From Eledone cirrhosa (lineage: Eukaryota): 64,000 nt of DNA. Where the stretch lies: positions 333,870,001-333,934,000 of the forward strand of contig OZ024743.1 of the NCBI GenBank assembly GCA_964016885.1, given 5' to 3'. Position numbers and translations under genes: made by a program. Positions 39,572 to 54,200 of the stretch are shown here, piece by piece. Position 1 is the stretch's first letter. Each line of letters begins with the position of its first letter. A model generated the notes under the pieces. That model was not told the origin of the DNA. It was given only the letters and a program-made list of their open reading frames with translations, and did no database searches.

Positions 39572-40978
39572 AACAAAAGATGGTTAAAAGAGTTCCATGT
39601 ATTTTATTATGCGCATTTCAAAAACAAATATCATCATGCAATAATATTTGTGTTTTCATCAGATAAAACAGGAAGACATGATATGAAGGTTAAAAAACAC
39701 TTGTGGATAGTTCAGTTTTAAATCAACATATGAGAAGTAGTTTTAGATTGATGTGTGATATTGGGAAAAATATTTTATTTAGAGGGGGGGGTTGGAAATG
39801 ATGAAAAAGAGGAGGAGATGAGAGTAAAAAGTGGAGAGGGAGGAGTATAATGAGGAAGGATGAGATAGGAGGAGAGATGGGTGATAGAGAGAGAGAGATA
39901 GCTTTTATAACTGAGAAAGATATATTGTTTTACATAGAGAGGTTGAAAACCGTTGGAAGATAATGTATAAATTAAAAGAATTTGAAAATTAACGAAGAGA
40001 AAAATAATGTAAAGTTAAGGTTTGTATATTGAGGGGTTTAATAATATGTGCGATGAAAAAGAAAATGTTAATATGTATTGAGAATTATATTTAAGGGTTT
40101 AATAATATGTGCGATGTTAAGAAAATGTTGATATGTATTATTAAAAGGAACAACAGGTTATTTAAGTAAGGAAATATTGTGAGATGAGCATGAATGAGTT
40201 AGATAAAAGGGAGAAAAGAATAATGAATTGAGGATGAATAATCTAACGTAAAAAAAAATGTATATGTTTACGAAGGATTTTTACAAGGTGATATAGAGTA
40301 AGAATGTATTGTATTATGTAATAATTGATTCTATGTTAGGCAAGAGTGAGAAAAGGTACAGATTAGGGGTTAGACATTAAAAGAAGAAGAGAAGAAAGGG
40401 AAGTGATAAATAGGAGCGATGTAGAATGAGTAACAAGTATTATAGAATGTATAATAACCTTTGAAATAAGGTAGAAAGATGGGTATATTTTTAAAAGAAG
40501 TGTATATATATATATATATGTGCCTTTGAGAAAAAGATTCTAAATTGATAAAGAATTGAATATTAGCTGTATACTTTGTGAAATGTTTTATGGAATTTAT
40601 GCAAGCAGATAGAAAACAAGTCAGTGCGTCTATTTATTATAGAATCTAAATTAGATATAATGGTAAATTTTTCATTTAGACAGAGATTGCAAATTTTGGA
40701 TAGAGAACTGTTCAAGTATGGAGACGCAGAAGAAACCTTCTTCCAAAAGATGCTATATTTAATATTTTTGTCTTTCAAGGACCATATGAGTTCTGATGAA
40801 AACACAAATATTATTGCATGATGATATTTGTTTTTGAAATGCACATAATAAAATACATGGAACTCTTTTAACCATCTTTTATTCTTATATATTATGTATA
40901 CTCCAGTCCTACAAACTGTAGAGTGCTTCTTATCCGATATCTGCATTGCTTTATTGTACTACAATAAAACTCACCTCC

Positions 40979-40982
<4 letters not shown>
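39570..40982 (-). mobile_element. PLE family A: GIY-YIG C-terminus, 3' UTR, pLTR with HHR (39602-39668), 5' inverted pLTR (40793-40982)
   Basis: IWSLKDKNIKYSIFWK..SASPY..CNLCLNEK..NRRTDLFSICLHK. Confidence 0.88.
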
Positions 40983-41013
<31 letters not shown>

Positions 41014-41014
41014 G

Positions 41015-41457
<443 letters not shown>

Positions 41458-42041
41458 GAGAGAGTGAGAGAGATAAAGGGTAAAGACCTCCTTCGGCTTA
41501 CAACAGACTTTTAAAATATTTATATCTAACTATTCATCAACATATTTCATGGACCTATGTCGGTTTCGACGAAGAGCGTTCCAGTTGTACGACCAACGGA
41601 AAAATCCTGCAAATGAAATTAGCATTCCACAATCACATATACACACACCCTTAACGTAATTCTCAGGGAGATTCAGTGTGTCACAAGACACACCCTTCAA
41701 ATTAGAAGTAACACTTATTTTTGCCAGTTCCGTGAAGTGGAACAAGAAATAAAACGACTGTGCTCTAGGACACAACGTGCTATTGGGAATCGAACTCACG
41801 TCCTTTTTATCGAGAACGAACAATGTAACTATTAAGCCAATCAGCTTCACCAGAGTACGCACTACGTGTCAGAAATGACATTTTAAGTGTAATACATGTC
41901 AAGTCTACCAGCGAGAAGTTACCATGTTTGTTTCAGTTTCTGTGACTTTTTAACTCATAAACCACAATGATAGCAACCTCTGTGCATTCTATTCCATTTA
42001 TCAAAAGAACTCGCTGACAACAGCTACTTCTTAATAAACGA

Positions 42042-42124
<83 letters not shown>

Positions 42125-42399
42125 TATGTATACGTACATACATATGTATGTACGTATACATACTTATATTTAAGTAACAGCCGTACTAAGAGTGAGAAAT
42201 GAAATTTCGTTTCATTTTTTCCGTTTATGTATATATATATATATATATATACATATATATGTATATACATATATATATATATATACACATAATAATAATG
42301 ATACTATTTATAGTTATGTATACACTATAAACAACTATAAACAGGAAAGGTCAGTAATTTATTACTACCTTATATATATAGTGAGTCAGAAACTCAGAG

Positions 42400-44103
42400 C
42401 AGGGTCGTCTTAACGCATGGGCACGCTGGGCAGTTGCCCGGGGCCCCACGAGGATAGGGGGCCCATGCTAATCTATGTATGTAGCGACTTGCTGTCAATT
42501 GATAAATACTATACTATACAGTAAGATCTCTCTAAACCGGTCCGTCATAAAATCGACCACCTCTCTAAAGCGGTTGTTTTAAAAAGTCCTGGCAAAATGG
42601 TGTTAAAATTAATATAATTTTTCTTTACAAAACCGGTCACTCCTTCAAACCATACACCGGCCACTTTTTAAAATATTTGTTATAATAAATATATTAATTA
42701 TAACCTCATAATACCGGCCACAACAACAAAATCTTTTTTAATAAAAAAATTCCCTACATAATAAAAATGTCTTAATTAGAACATTCAGTTTCTGTGGCAA
42801 TTGAGCATCATGATACCATTACAGTTTTTTGTTTGGTAAGATTTGAATGGTGACCCTCAGCGAATATTTGGTTTAACCCTTTAGTATTCAAACCGCCCGA
42901 AATCGCCCGAAATTATTTCCCCTTCATTTGTTCAAACCGCCCGAAATCGCCCGAAAACACCCACACTAAAAAATCGTTCTAAAAATAAACAAACCATCAT
43001 CAAAATCTCGCCAATTCGAGACTTCTGCGAGATTAGGCCCTTACCGCGAAAATTAACACTTAATATAGTGAAACAAGTTAAAACAACAAGTGTTTTTTTA
43101 ACTTTGAAAGTGCAACAAATTTTTTTTTTGTATCAACATGGCTTATGAAAGTAGCGATACCGACTTTGAAGGTTTTACACACGACGACATTCAGAATAAA
43201 CGATAATATTAGTGATTTATCTTCAAATGAATCTGATGTTTATATTTCTGAAATTTCGTCCGACGATGATTGTTTTGAAAGTGAAAACGAAGGAGATCTC
43301 CAGACCGTCATTGAAAATATTACAACAACGTGGTTGAAAAATACCACGCATGTTCCCGATTTTATTCAAAATACTGGTCCACAACGCATTAGCTCCTGAT
43401 GCTAAAGCACTTAATTATTTCTTTTTGTTTTTACCACAAACTTTCTTCAAAGTTGTGGCAGAAGAGATTAATCGATATGCCCAACAACAGATTTCAAATC
43501 AAGGAAAACCCGATCTGTTTGGCGACCGACAGATGCTACGGAAATGCAAACATTTTTTACCGTAAATATTATGTTCGGTATAAAACAATTTCCAAGACTG
43601 TAGAGGAGAACGTTCATTTTCAAGACTGAGACTTATAAAAAATCAGCTTCTCAGCACAATGGGACAGCAGCGTTTGAACTGGCTTTCACTCATGTGTATG
43701 GAAAATGAAATCCTGAAAACTATTGACATCAAGCCAATTATAAAACAATTCTCTTCAAAGAAATTTCTCAAATATTTGTATTGACCACCTGATTATTAAT
43801 AAATAGTTCATTGTAATTTGATACTGCGCGATCTCCGTTTTACGAATTGAATATCATTTGTGCTGAAATGTTTGTGTATTTCAAGGCCCATGTTATATTG
43901 TTCAAACGTTTGTGTTAATTAATCTTTGATGTACCACATGTTTTTAATGTATAAACACTGATTTCGTTGGAAATACCAATACAATGAATATATCTTTAAT
44001 TATATTGATCATTTGTATTTTTATTCCTGTGAGTCGTTGTGTAGGTAGGGTCCCCAGTGCTCTGTTTTGCCCGGGGGTCTATAATGCTGATAAGATGGCC
44101 TTG
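42400..44103 (+). mobile_element. Non-autonomous hAT (Tip100-like) element with nested fragments
   Basis: TIRs cagggtcgtctta / taagatggccttg; 8-bp TSD actcagag (42392-42399, 44104-44111); dimerisation-domain remnant GERSFSRLRLIKNQLLSTMGQQRLNWLSLM at ~43605-43770. Confidence 0.88.
42874..43597 (+). mobile_element. piggyBac left end and N-terminal transposase fragment
   Basis: TTAA+CCCTTT terminus, subterminal repeats aaccgcccgaaatcgcccgaaa, acidic N-terminus, YFFLFLPQTFFKVVAEEINRYAQQ. Confidence 0.72.
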
Positions 44104-44731
44104 ACTCAGAGTAGACTCTTACAATTAAATAGCTCTAAGAAAACAGCTTTTCCGAGCCGTGTAATATAATTGAATAAACAAGAGAGATGAACACTAATAT
44201 AAACATACATGTGTTCGAATCGTAAGGACCAAGTTTGCTAGGGTGAAAAAATACTAACTACAGCAATATGGTTTGTCAGACTTAATTTTAAGTATTAAAT
44301 TAAGAAAAATAACAGACCTATATTGGGCAATCGCCTGGTAACAACCAAACAGTTTTGGAAACTGTTTCGCAACATCTTATTAATTGAAGTCCACACTTTT
44401 CTCTGCTCTTCTGTAGTTGTTGAGAAATTAGTGATCCTTCCACTTCTAAAAATATTAGAAGACTGAATTGTATGCGATAAGAAATATCGCACGTGTCTTC
44501 GGAACCTACCTTGTCTCGAAATTCCATGTTGCTAAAAATAGCAGCCTGGTTAACTGGACATTAAAATTAGCTCTACATGATGGAGCCGACAAATATATAC
44601 TGAGTTAGAAACTCAGAGTAGTCTCTTACAATTAAATAGCTCTAAGAAAAAAGCTGAGATGAGTTATGAATACATATGTATGTCGCCACACACACACACA
44701 CATATACATACACATAGATATATATATATGT

Positions 44732-44811
<80 letters not shown>

Positions 44812-44848
44812 GTATATGTGTGTGTGTGGATCGATATATGTGAATATA

Positions 44849-45243
<395 letters not shown>

Positions 45244-45380
45244 ATCGATATATATATATTTATATATATATATGTGTGTGTGTGTGAGTGTGTGTGTATC
45301 AACATACATACGTATGTATGTAAATGTATGTACACACACATACACACACACACGCATATATATATATATATATATATATA

Positions 45381-48300
45381 ATTCAAGAAAGAAGAGTGAC
45401 ATGGTTCGCTATACAATAAGGGCTTTATTCACATTGCTGACAATTATTTCTTTGATCTGGCAGGTCTAGAGTTCGCTACCCGCCTGATTTTGCGTCAATC
45501 GATCTCCAATACTTTGTTTATAACCAGTCGTTTTCATCAGAGCACGCGAAATGAAGAAGATACACAAGGCATGGCTTTTATATAGGTGTGGTATTAAACC
45601 AGAACAATAATATCAATAATAAAATAAAATAACTAGATAGCAAATAGTTAAAATAATAACATCAATGTAAGTAAGAAATAGAGTATAATGATGAATCTAG
45701 CATGTTAAACAACTTGATATAATACAGATGTATGAAATTGACATGTGAAAACTGCTATAGGGTACATTAGATATAGTGTTAAGGTGGCGACGAGATAACA
45801 GTAACCACTAAAATGTACTTGGAGACAGGATTTATGTGGTATCTGCTATGCTGGCAATAAACCGGACCTTAATACATACAATAATTTCATTCGACGTGAA
45901 CTACACAAAAAATACAAAAAAACAAATGAATCTACACTCACTAGCATTAATAAGGAAGGTCTTAGCATAGTAAAAAAACTAGAAATATCCGCCAGAACCG
46001 AACCTCTAGCCCCATGCAACCCCACATTTAACCTTAAACATCACAAACATAATTTTGAAACAAACCCTACTATTAGATTAATATGCCCATCCAAGTCGGA
46101 TATAGGTAAAATTAGCAAGAATATTCTAGATAGGGTAATCGCACAAATTAAGGGAAAACTAGAAATCAATTTATGGGGTAACACTAATGAAGCAATTGAA
46201 TGGTTCAATAGAATAAGAAATAGAGAAGCATGTAACTTCATACAATTTGACATAAATGATTACTACGCATCCATATCCCCAGTCACCCTAGATAAAGCGC
46301 TAATATTTGCCCAAAATAATTCGGACCTTACCCCAGATGAAATTAAAATAATACTAGCAGCTAGAAGGACTATCATAAAATTTGAAAATAGCTACTGGGA
46401 AAGAAAAAATAGGATGAACAGCTTCGATATCACAATGGGATCGAACGATTCAGCACAAATAACAGATGTTGTGGGGATATTTATAGCACACAACCTACAT
46501 AAAGAATTTAATAACCTCTAAGGAGGGATTTATAGAGATGACACGCTCCTTATAGCTAGGAACTTAAATAACCAGACATGAAAAGATTAAGAAAAAACAT
46601 TAGAACATTCTTCAAAAAACTAGGCCTAGATATTACCTACGAACTGAATTCTAAAAAGGCAAACTTTCTAGACGTAACTCTAAACCCAAGCACGGGATTA
46701 ATAGAAGCCTTCCACAAAAACAATGAGAATCTAGCCTACATTAGTTATAACTCAAACCACCCCGATCCATAATTAAATCCATAGCACGTAGTATATCCCT
46801 TAGAATATCCCGCTTATCCTCAAACCAAGAAATTTTTAAAGAACATGCTAACTATTATAACTCAGCATTACATAGGGCTGGACACAAAGAAAAGCTGCAG
46901 TTTATAACGGATAAGAACAACACAAATAAACCCATTAACACCGACACCAACCGCTCTTACAAAAATAAAGGTAACCGGACTAAACATAGAACTAGGCAAA
47001 TAGCACCTAGAGTAGGAGGACCGAACACGAATAATGTAAACCCCAGAAACTATAGAAGAACTAGAGAAAGAAAATACCTATGGTTTAATCCAATCTTCAA
47101 CTCCTCTATAAGAACTAGACTGCCTTCTACGTTTTTTAAACTAATAGATAAGCACTTCCCTATATCGTATAGATATCATAAAATCTTCAATAGAAAAACT
47201 ATAAAACTCTCATACTCTACTGCTGCCAACATTGAATCGCACATACGCAAGATCAACCACAAGAATACCTCTAGGAAAGATATTCCACCTATACGCAACA
47301 TAGCACCAAACACAAAACACAAACACATTACCGTATCACAACCACAAACGCACATGAACGCACCACAGCAAAACTTCAATAGGCATGAATCACAACCCAC
47401 ATATAACAGTTTGCAAAACCGCAATGTGGAAGCTGCACAGAGTAATACCCCGAGCTGCAACTGTCACCTACCGGATAAGTTCCCATTAGCGAATAGGTGC
47501 CTTGATTCTAGCCTAGTGTACATGTGTACTGTAAAATCGTGCAACTCCACTTGGCACTACATTGGATCCACCGCGGGTGTTTTTAAAAAAAAGATGGTAT
47601 GTGCACAGACATTCAATGAAGAACCGTGCACTGGTAAGTTCTACAACCCTCACCAATAAAATCTGGCAACTTAAGGACAAAAACCTTGATTACAATATTA
47701 GCTGGTCGAAATTGGCGGCCGCAAAGACATATAGCAGCGGTATGTCCCACTGCGGGCTCTGCAACCTTGAATTGTTGCATATATTAAGGAACGATAAAAT
47801 GCTACTCAACAGCAAAATAGAAAGGTCAATTTTCTGCAGACATAGGATTGCTACAAAATTCGCGAGATTTAAACAACTGTGATTCGAACCAATACCACTT
47901 AGCTTTTAACATATGAAACCCGCATTCTCACACAGCCCACTACAGACCCATAATCTTCTATAAGCACCTTCTAGCCTCCCTAATTCTATACCACTGGGAT
48001 ATGGCAGTAATGTTTACAACTATCTTATCAGCCTATAAATCAATCCCATCTTTGCTGTTATTCACTCCTTCGGACCAAACAATTATCTATCTCATTAGCA
48101 CTCATGATCTCTAACAGATGAACTTAATTCTAAGTACATTATCTTATAGGCGGTGGATTGGCAGTATCGGTAGAGGGTCGGACGCCATGCTTTCCAGCAT
48201 AGTTACGTCCCTTTACGATCTGAGTTCAAATCCCGCCGAGGTTGACTTTGCCTTTCATCCTTACGGGGTCGATAAAATAAAGTACCAGTAATGCACTGGG

Positions 48301-49368
48301 TAATTGCTGGCGTGGTGCCTAAAGTAGAAACAATTATCTTATTACTCCTACACTCATTGAAATCTTACTTTCCTCTTATTCTTCTTCTTCTTATTATTAT
48401 TATTGTGAACATCTCAATGTATCCCTAATATTATTTATCATGTTCTCTATATCTACCATGCATATTTTACTATTTTATTACCTTTATTGCTTCTATTATT
48501 GCTGTTATTACTGTCTTATTTATACACGATTTGTTATTGGTGCTGTAAAAACTAAACCCACATGATTCGAACTAACAATCCCTACCTTTAGTATAGGCCA
48601 CTTAAATAACGAATCTACAACTCCACTTAACACCACATAAAAACCATCATCCTCACTAAATTGATAAAACGAAAATGTTTAGCTGTCAAACAATAAGTAA
48701 ATCTCCGGTTTATTGCTAGAATACCTACAGCACAGTGGATACCTCATAAATTCTGTCTCCAAGTACATTTTAGTGGTACTGTTATCTCGTCGTCACCTTA
48801 ACACTATATCTAATGTACCCTATAGCAGTTTTCACATGTCAATTCCATACATCTGTATCATATCAGTTTGTTTAACATGCTAGATTCTTCATTATACTCT
48901 ATTTCTTACTTATATTGATGTTATTATTTTAACTATTTGCTATCTAGTTATTTTATTTTATTATTGATATTATTGTTCTGGTTTAATACCACACCTATAT
49001 AAAAGCCATGCCTTGTGTATCTTCTTCATTTCGCGTGCTCTGATGAAAACGACTGGTTATAAACAAAGTATTGGAGATCGATTGACGCAAAATCAGGCGG
49101 GTAGCGAACTCTAGACCTGCCAGATCAAAGAAACAATTGTCAGCAATGTTAATAAAGCCCTTATTGTATAGCGAACCATGTCACTCTTCTTTCTTGAATT
49201 ATTATTACTCCAAGTATAAACTACATAGAAATCACCGCGAACTCGCAGCATCACTATGGAAACGTCTTGTTGAGTCAAACTAAGCCACACGTTAATACTA
49301 TCTACTACACGGAGTACTCTAACTGGACTACATCTAAGTGGACTGCCATAACGATAACCTGTTATCCC

Positions 49369-49369
<1 letters not shown>
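45381..49369 (+). mobile_element. Naiad-like PLE with ~460-bp inverted pLTR copy at the 5' end
   Basis: Hand-translated RT: RLICPSKSDIGKISK, FIQFDINDYY, FDITMGSNDSAQ, IYRDD; CNCHLP..PL..C; GIY-YIG to 47882; ~45381-45840 inverted at ~48740-49200. Confidence 0.92.
48149..48336 (+). mobile_element. SINE inserted in PLE 3' UTR
   Basis: Full family sequence; TSD attatctta. Confidence 0.9.
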
Positions 49370-49454
<85 letters not shown>

Positions 49455-49555
49455 AAGTGTGTGTATATGTGTGCTTGAATCATGCAGAACGAAAGTGTGT
49501 GGCAGGCAGATAGTGAAAGAGAAAGAGTGAGCCATATATATATATATATATATAT

Positions 49556-52174
49556 ATTGGAATAAATGCTCTGAAATAGCGATATATATGTGAATATAGA
49601 CATAGAATATTCGAAAATATTCTGTATGTTTATAATAAACATTTTGAAGACCTAATCGCTATAGAATAGAATACGTCACGTATTACAATTAGATTCTCGA
49701 TAAAAGCAAGGGAAGTAATCTACGCGTTTCATTCTCGTTAGAAATCATCAGGACTACATATCCAGTGCTTTTATCGAGAATGACACAGCTAGAGACTTAT
49801 AGAATACTTAGCTGTGTACAGGAACTGGTTTGAAAGAGCGGTTGCCGGTCCGGCAGAAATTAGAAATTGGAATAAATGCTCTGAAATAGCGATATATATG
49901 TGAATATAGACATAGAATATTCGAAAATATTCTGTATGTTTATAATAAACATTTTGAAGACCTAATCGCTATAGAATAGAATACGTCACGTATTACAATT
50001 AGATTCTCGATAAAAGCAAGGGAAGTAATCTACGCGTTTCATTCTCGTTAGAAATCATCAGGACTACATATCCAGTGCTTTTATCGAGAATGACACAGCT
50101 AGAGACTTATAGAATACTTAGCTGTGTACAGGAACTGGTTTGAAAGAGCGGTTGCCGGTCCGGCAGAAATTAGAAATTGGAATAAATGCTCTGAAATAGC
50201 GATATATATGTGAATATAGACATAGAATATTCGAAAATATTCTGTATGTTTATAATAAACATTTTGAAGACCTAATCGCTATAGAATAGAATACGTCACG
50301 TATTACAATTAGATTCTCGATAAAAGCAAGGGAAGTAATCTACGCGTTTCATTCTCGTTAGAAATCATCAGGACTACATATCCAGTGCTTTTATCGAGAA
50401 TGACACAGCTAGAGACTTATAGAATACTTAGCTGTGTACAGGAACTGGTTTGAAAGAGCGGTTGCCGGTCCGGCAGAAATTAGAAATTGGAATAAATGCT
50501 CTGAAATAGCGATATATATGTGAATATAGACATAGAATATTCGAAAATATTCTGTATGTTTATAATAAACATTTTGAAGACCTAATCGCTATAGAATAGA
50601 ATACGTCACGTATTACAATTAGATTCTCGATAAAAGCAAGGGAAGTAATCTACGCGTTTCATTCTCGTTAGAAATCATCAGGACTACATATCCAGTGCTT
50701 TTATCGAGAATGACACAGCTAGAGACTTATAGAATACTTAGCTGTGTACAGGAACTGGTTTGAAAGAGCGGTTGCCGGTCCGGCAGAAATTAGAAATTGG
50801 AATAAATGCTCTGAAATAGCGATATATATGTGAATATAGACATAGAATATTCGAAAATATTCTGTATGTTTATAATAAACATTTTGAAGACCTAATCGCT
50901 ATAGAATAGAATACGTCACGTATTACAATTAGATTCTCGATAAAAGCAAGGGAAGTAATCTACGCGTTTCATTCTCGTTAGAAATCATCAGGACTACATA
51001 TCCAGTGCTTTTATCGAGAATGACACAGCTAGAGACTTATAGAATACTTAGCTGTGTACAGGAACTGGTTTGAAAGAGCGGTTGCCGGTCCGGCAGAAAT
51101 TAGAAATTGGAATAAATGCTCTGAAATAGCGATATATATGTGAATATAGACATAGAATATTCGAAAATATTCTGTATGTTTATAATAAACATTTTGAAGA
51201 CCTAATCGCTATAGAATAGAATACGTCACGTATTACAATTAGATTCTCGATAAAAGCAAGGGAAGTAATCTACGCGTTTCATTCTCGTTAGAAATCATCA
51301 GGACTACATATCCAGTGCTTTTATCGAGAATGACACAGCTAGAGACTTATAGAATACTTAGCTGTGTACAGGAACTGGTTTGAAAGAGCGGTTGCCGGTC
51401 CGGCAGAAATTAGAAATTGGAATAAATGCTCTGAAATAGCGATATATATGTGAATATAGACATAGAATATTCGAAAATATTCTGTATGTTTATAATAAAC
51501 ATTTTGAAGACCTAATCGCTATAGAATAGAATACGTCACGTATTACAATTAGATTCTCGATAAAAGCAAGGGAAGTAATCTACGCGTTTCATTCTCGTTA
51601 GAAATCATCAGGACTACATATCCAGTGCTTTTATCGAGAATGACACAGCTAGAGACTTATAGAATACTTAGCTGTGTACAGGAACTGGTTTGAAAGAGCG
51701 GTTGCCGGTCCGGCAGAAATTAGAAATTGGAATAAATGCTCTGAAATAGCGATATATATGTGAATATAGACATAGAATATTCGAAAATATTCTGTATGTT
51801 TATAATAAACATTTTGAAGACCTAATCGCTATAGAATAGAATACGTCACGTATTACAATTAGATTCTCGATAAAAGCAAGGGAAGTAATCTACGCGTTTC
51901 ATTCTCGTTAGAAATCATCAGGACTACATATCCAGTGCTTTTATCGAGAATGACACAGCTAGAGACTTATAGAATACTTAGCTGTGTACAGGAACTGGTT
52001 TGAAAGAGCGGTTGCCGGTCCGGCAGAAATTAGAAATTGGAATAAATGCTCTGAAATAGCGATATATATGTGAATATAGACATAGAATATTCGAAAATAT
52101 TCTGTATGTTTATAATAAACATTTTGAAGACCTAATCGCTATAGAATAGAATACGTCACGTATTACAATTAGAT
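49556..52174 (-). repeat. 310-bp tandem array (~8.4 units), one HHR per unit; short inverted end 52175-52220
   Basis: aataaatgct recurs at 49561, 49871, 50181, 50491, 50801, 51111, 51421, 51731, 52041. Confidence 0.97.
49715..49757 (-). ncRNA. Minimal type I hammerhead ribozyme, first of 8 copies (each +310, last 51885-51927)
   Basis: gtagtc CTGATGA tttct-aacg-agaat GAAA cgcg TA gattac; stem I extended by a 16-bp helix (49693-49708 / 49766-49781). Confidence 0.88.
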
Positions 52175-52801
52175 ATTTTCGAATATTCTATGTCTATATT
52201 CACATATATATCGCTATTTCTTGATATATTTCTTTTTTATTTTTCTTTTCTTTTTATTTCTAAATTTATAGATACATTTATAAATAGGCAGCTTGCTGAC
52301 ACCGCTAAATACTGACCTCTCCCCCCCCACCTACTTTCTGTATCTGGATCTAAATATGTGTGGCAGTGTTTATGTGCGCGCATTAATGTCCATATGCTTA
52401 TGATAATAGTATATACACACATATATATGTGTGTGGGGGTGTGTGTGTGTATGTATGTTCGTGGTTGTGTGTATGTTTATGCGTATACGCGCGTGTGTGT
52501 GTGAATGTACGTATATGTGTGAGTATATAAATGTGTGTGTATATTTGTTTTTATACGTATTTTATTTGTAGATTATAAACATACAGAGACATTAGCCTTG
52601 AATTTTTGTATTTACATACATCTTTTTGGCATGCGTATGCATGTGAACATACATCTTTATGCATATCTGTGAACGAAGTTAATTACATATATACACACAC
52701 TTAACTGTATAAATTTTTTGTATTTTCATTGGTCAATTTGAATTCTGTTCCCAAACAGACCTGTAATTTTGAATTGTGTTATTATCAATAAATATATTTC
52801 A

Positions 52802-52947
52802 TTATTTCTGAAGACGGCATATATATGTGTTGGTATGTATATTTAATTTTGATAGTTTGTATAATTTTGTATAATTTTGTACATAGATCTGTTGAATATG
52901 CATGCCAATTCTAACACATATATATCCTAGAAACGATCGTTAAATAA
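52802..52947 (+). ncRNA. Hammerhead ribozyme with ~115-nt stem II
   Basis: ttattt CTGAAGA cggcatatatatgtgttgg...ctaacacatatatatccta GAAA cgatcg TT aaataa. Confidence 0.62.
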
Positions 52948-53011
52948 TGAACTTTTTTTGTTTAATATAAGGAACTGTTTCATTGTTTTATTCATTATTT
53001 TTTTAATATTT

Positions 53012-53088
<77 letters not shown>

Positions 53089-54005
53089 CTCAATAAACCA
53101 GGCAATGTCATCAGGTTCTGAGAATGCTAAAATGGAAGTATTTAATACACTTTAAGTTGAATGAACAAAACAAAAAAAAAATATATATATAAATGGCCGC
53201 ATGCATCGTTGAAAGTAATTTCATGCTAGTAGGGAGACCATTAGTGATTTTCTTTTTACATAACAATGAATGAAAACATTTCAGCATAAAACTCAGACCT
53301 ACGACACATCTATTTGACAGCCTTGCTAAAGTATATTCACAGGTCATGTTCTTCTTTCACTAAAAACATATGCTGTCATTTTGAAACCTTTTGCTCACAA
53401 TAACATTATTCTTTCGTTTTCCAACAGGCAAAAAAACAAAAAACAAAAAACAAAAAACAAATTACATAAATGAAAACGTAGACCACCCTCCAAAAAACCA
53501 AAGAAAAGAGAATAGCAAAAAAACAAAAATAAAAACATTAAGCCTTCCGCCCCCACAACATGTATTTGTTGGGTAGTGGTGGAGTTTATTACTGTTTTTT
53601 ACTTTTACTGCTGTGAAGGCATGTGACTTAGTGGTTAATATGTTCAGCCCAAGAACGTATGAGCGTGAGTAGTAAGATTCCTGACGGTGCGTTATATCCT
53701 TAAGCAAGACACTTTACTTCAGTTCATTCAACTGGAAAAAAGAGTTGTATCTGTAATTCAAAAGGTCAACCCTATTATATGCTATGTCACGCTGAATCTC
53801 CTCTAGAATTGAGGGATGCTCAGCCACTTGTAGGTTAATTTTACGAACAAATTATCCTGCCGATCAATCAACTGGAACATTTGAAACCGTTTGGCGCCGC
53901 AGTCGGTATTTTACTTATCACTATACCCACTCTGCATCTCTCCATGTATTGAGTACTCCCATGATTAGTGGTCTATTCGGTCTCAGTACTACAGACTCTC
54001 CCCCC

Positions 54006-54043
<38 letters not shown>

Positions 54044-54138
54044 GCATACATACATTTTCGTCTGAGGGCGATGATTGTAAATGTGTGTGCGTGTGTGCGT
54101 GCGTGTGTGCGTTTGCGTGCGTGGGTATGTGTGTGTGT

Positions 54139-54200
<62 letters not shown>

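Noticed and set aside
49035-49080. CTGATGA in the pLTR of the 45-49 kb PLE
   Set aside because: No matching GAAA, stem III and stem I could be built by eye
49556-52174. CRISPR-like array
   Set aside because: Units are wholly identical with no unique spacers; eukaryotic context; no cas genes
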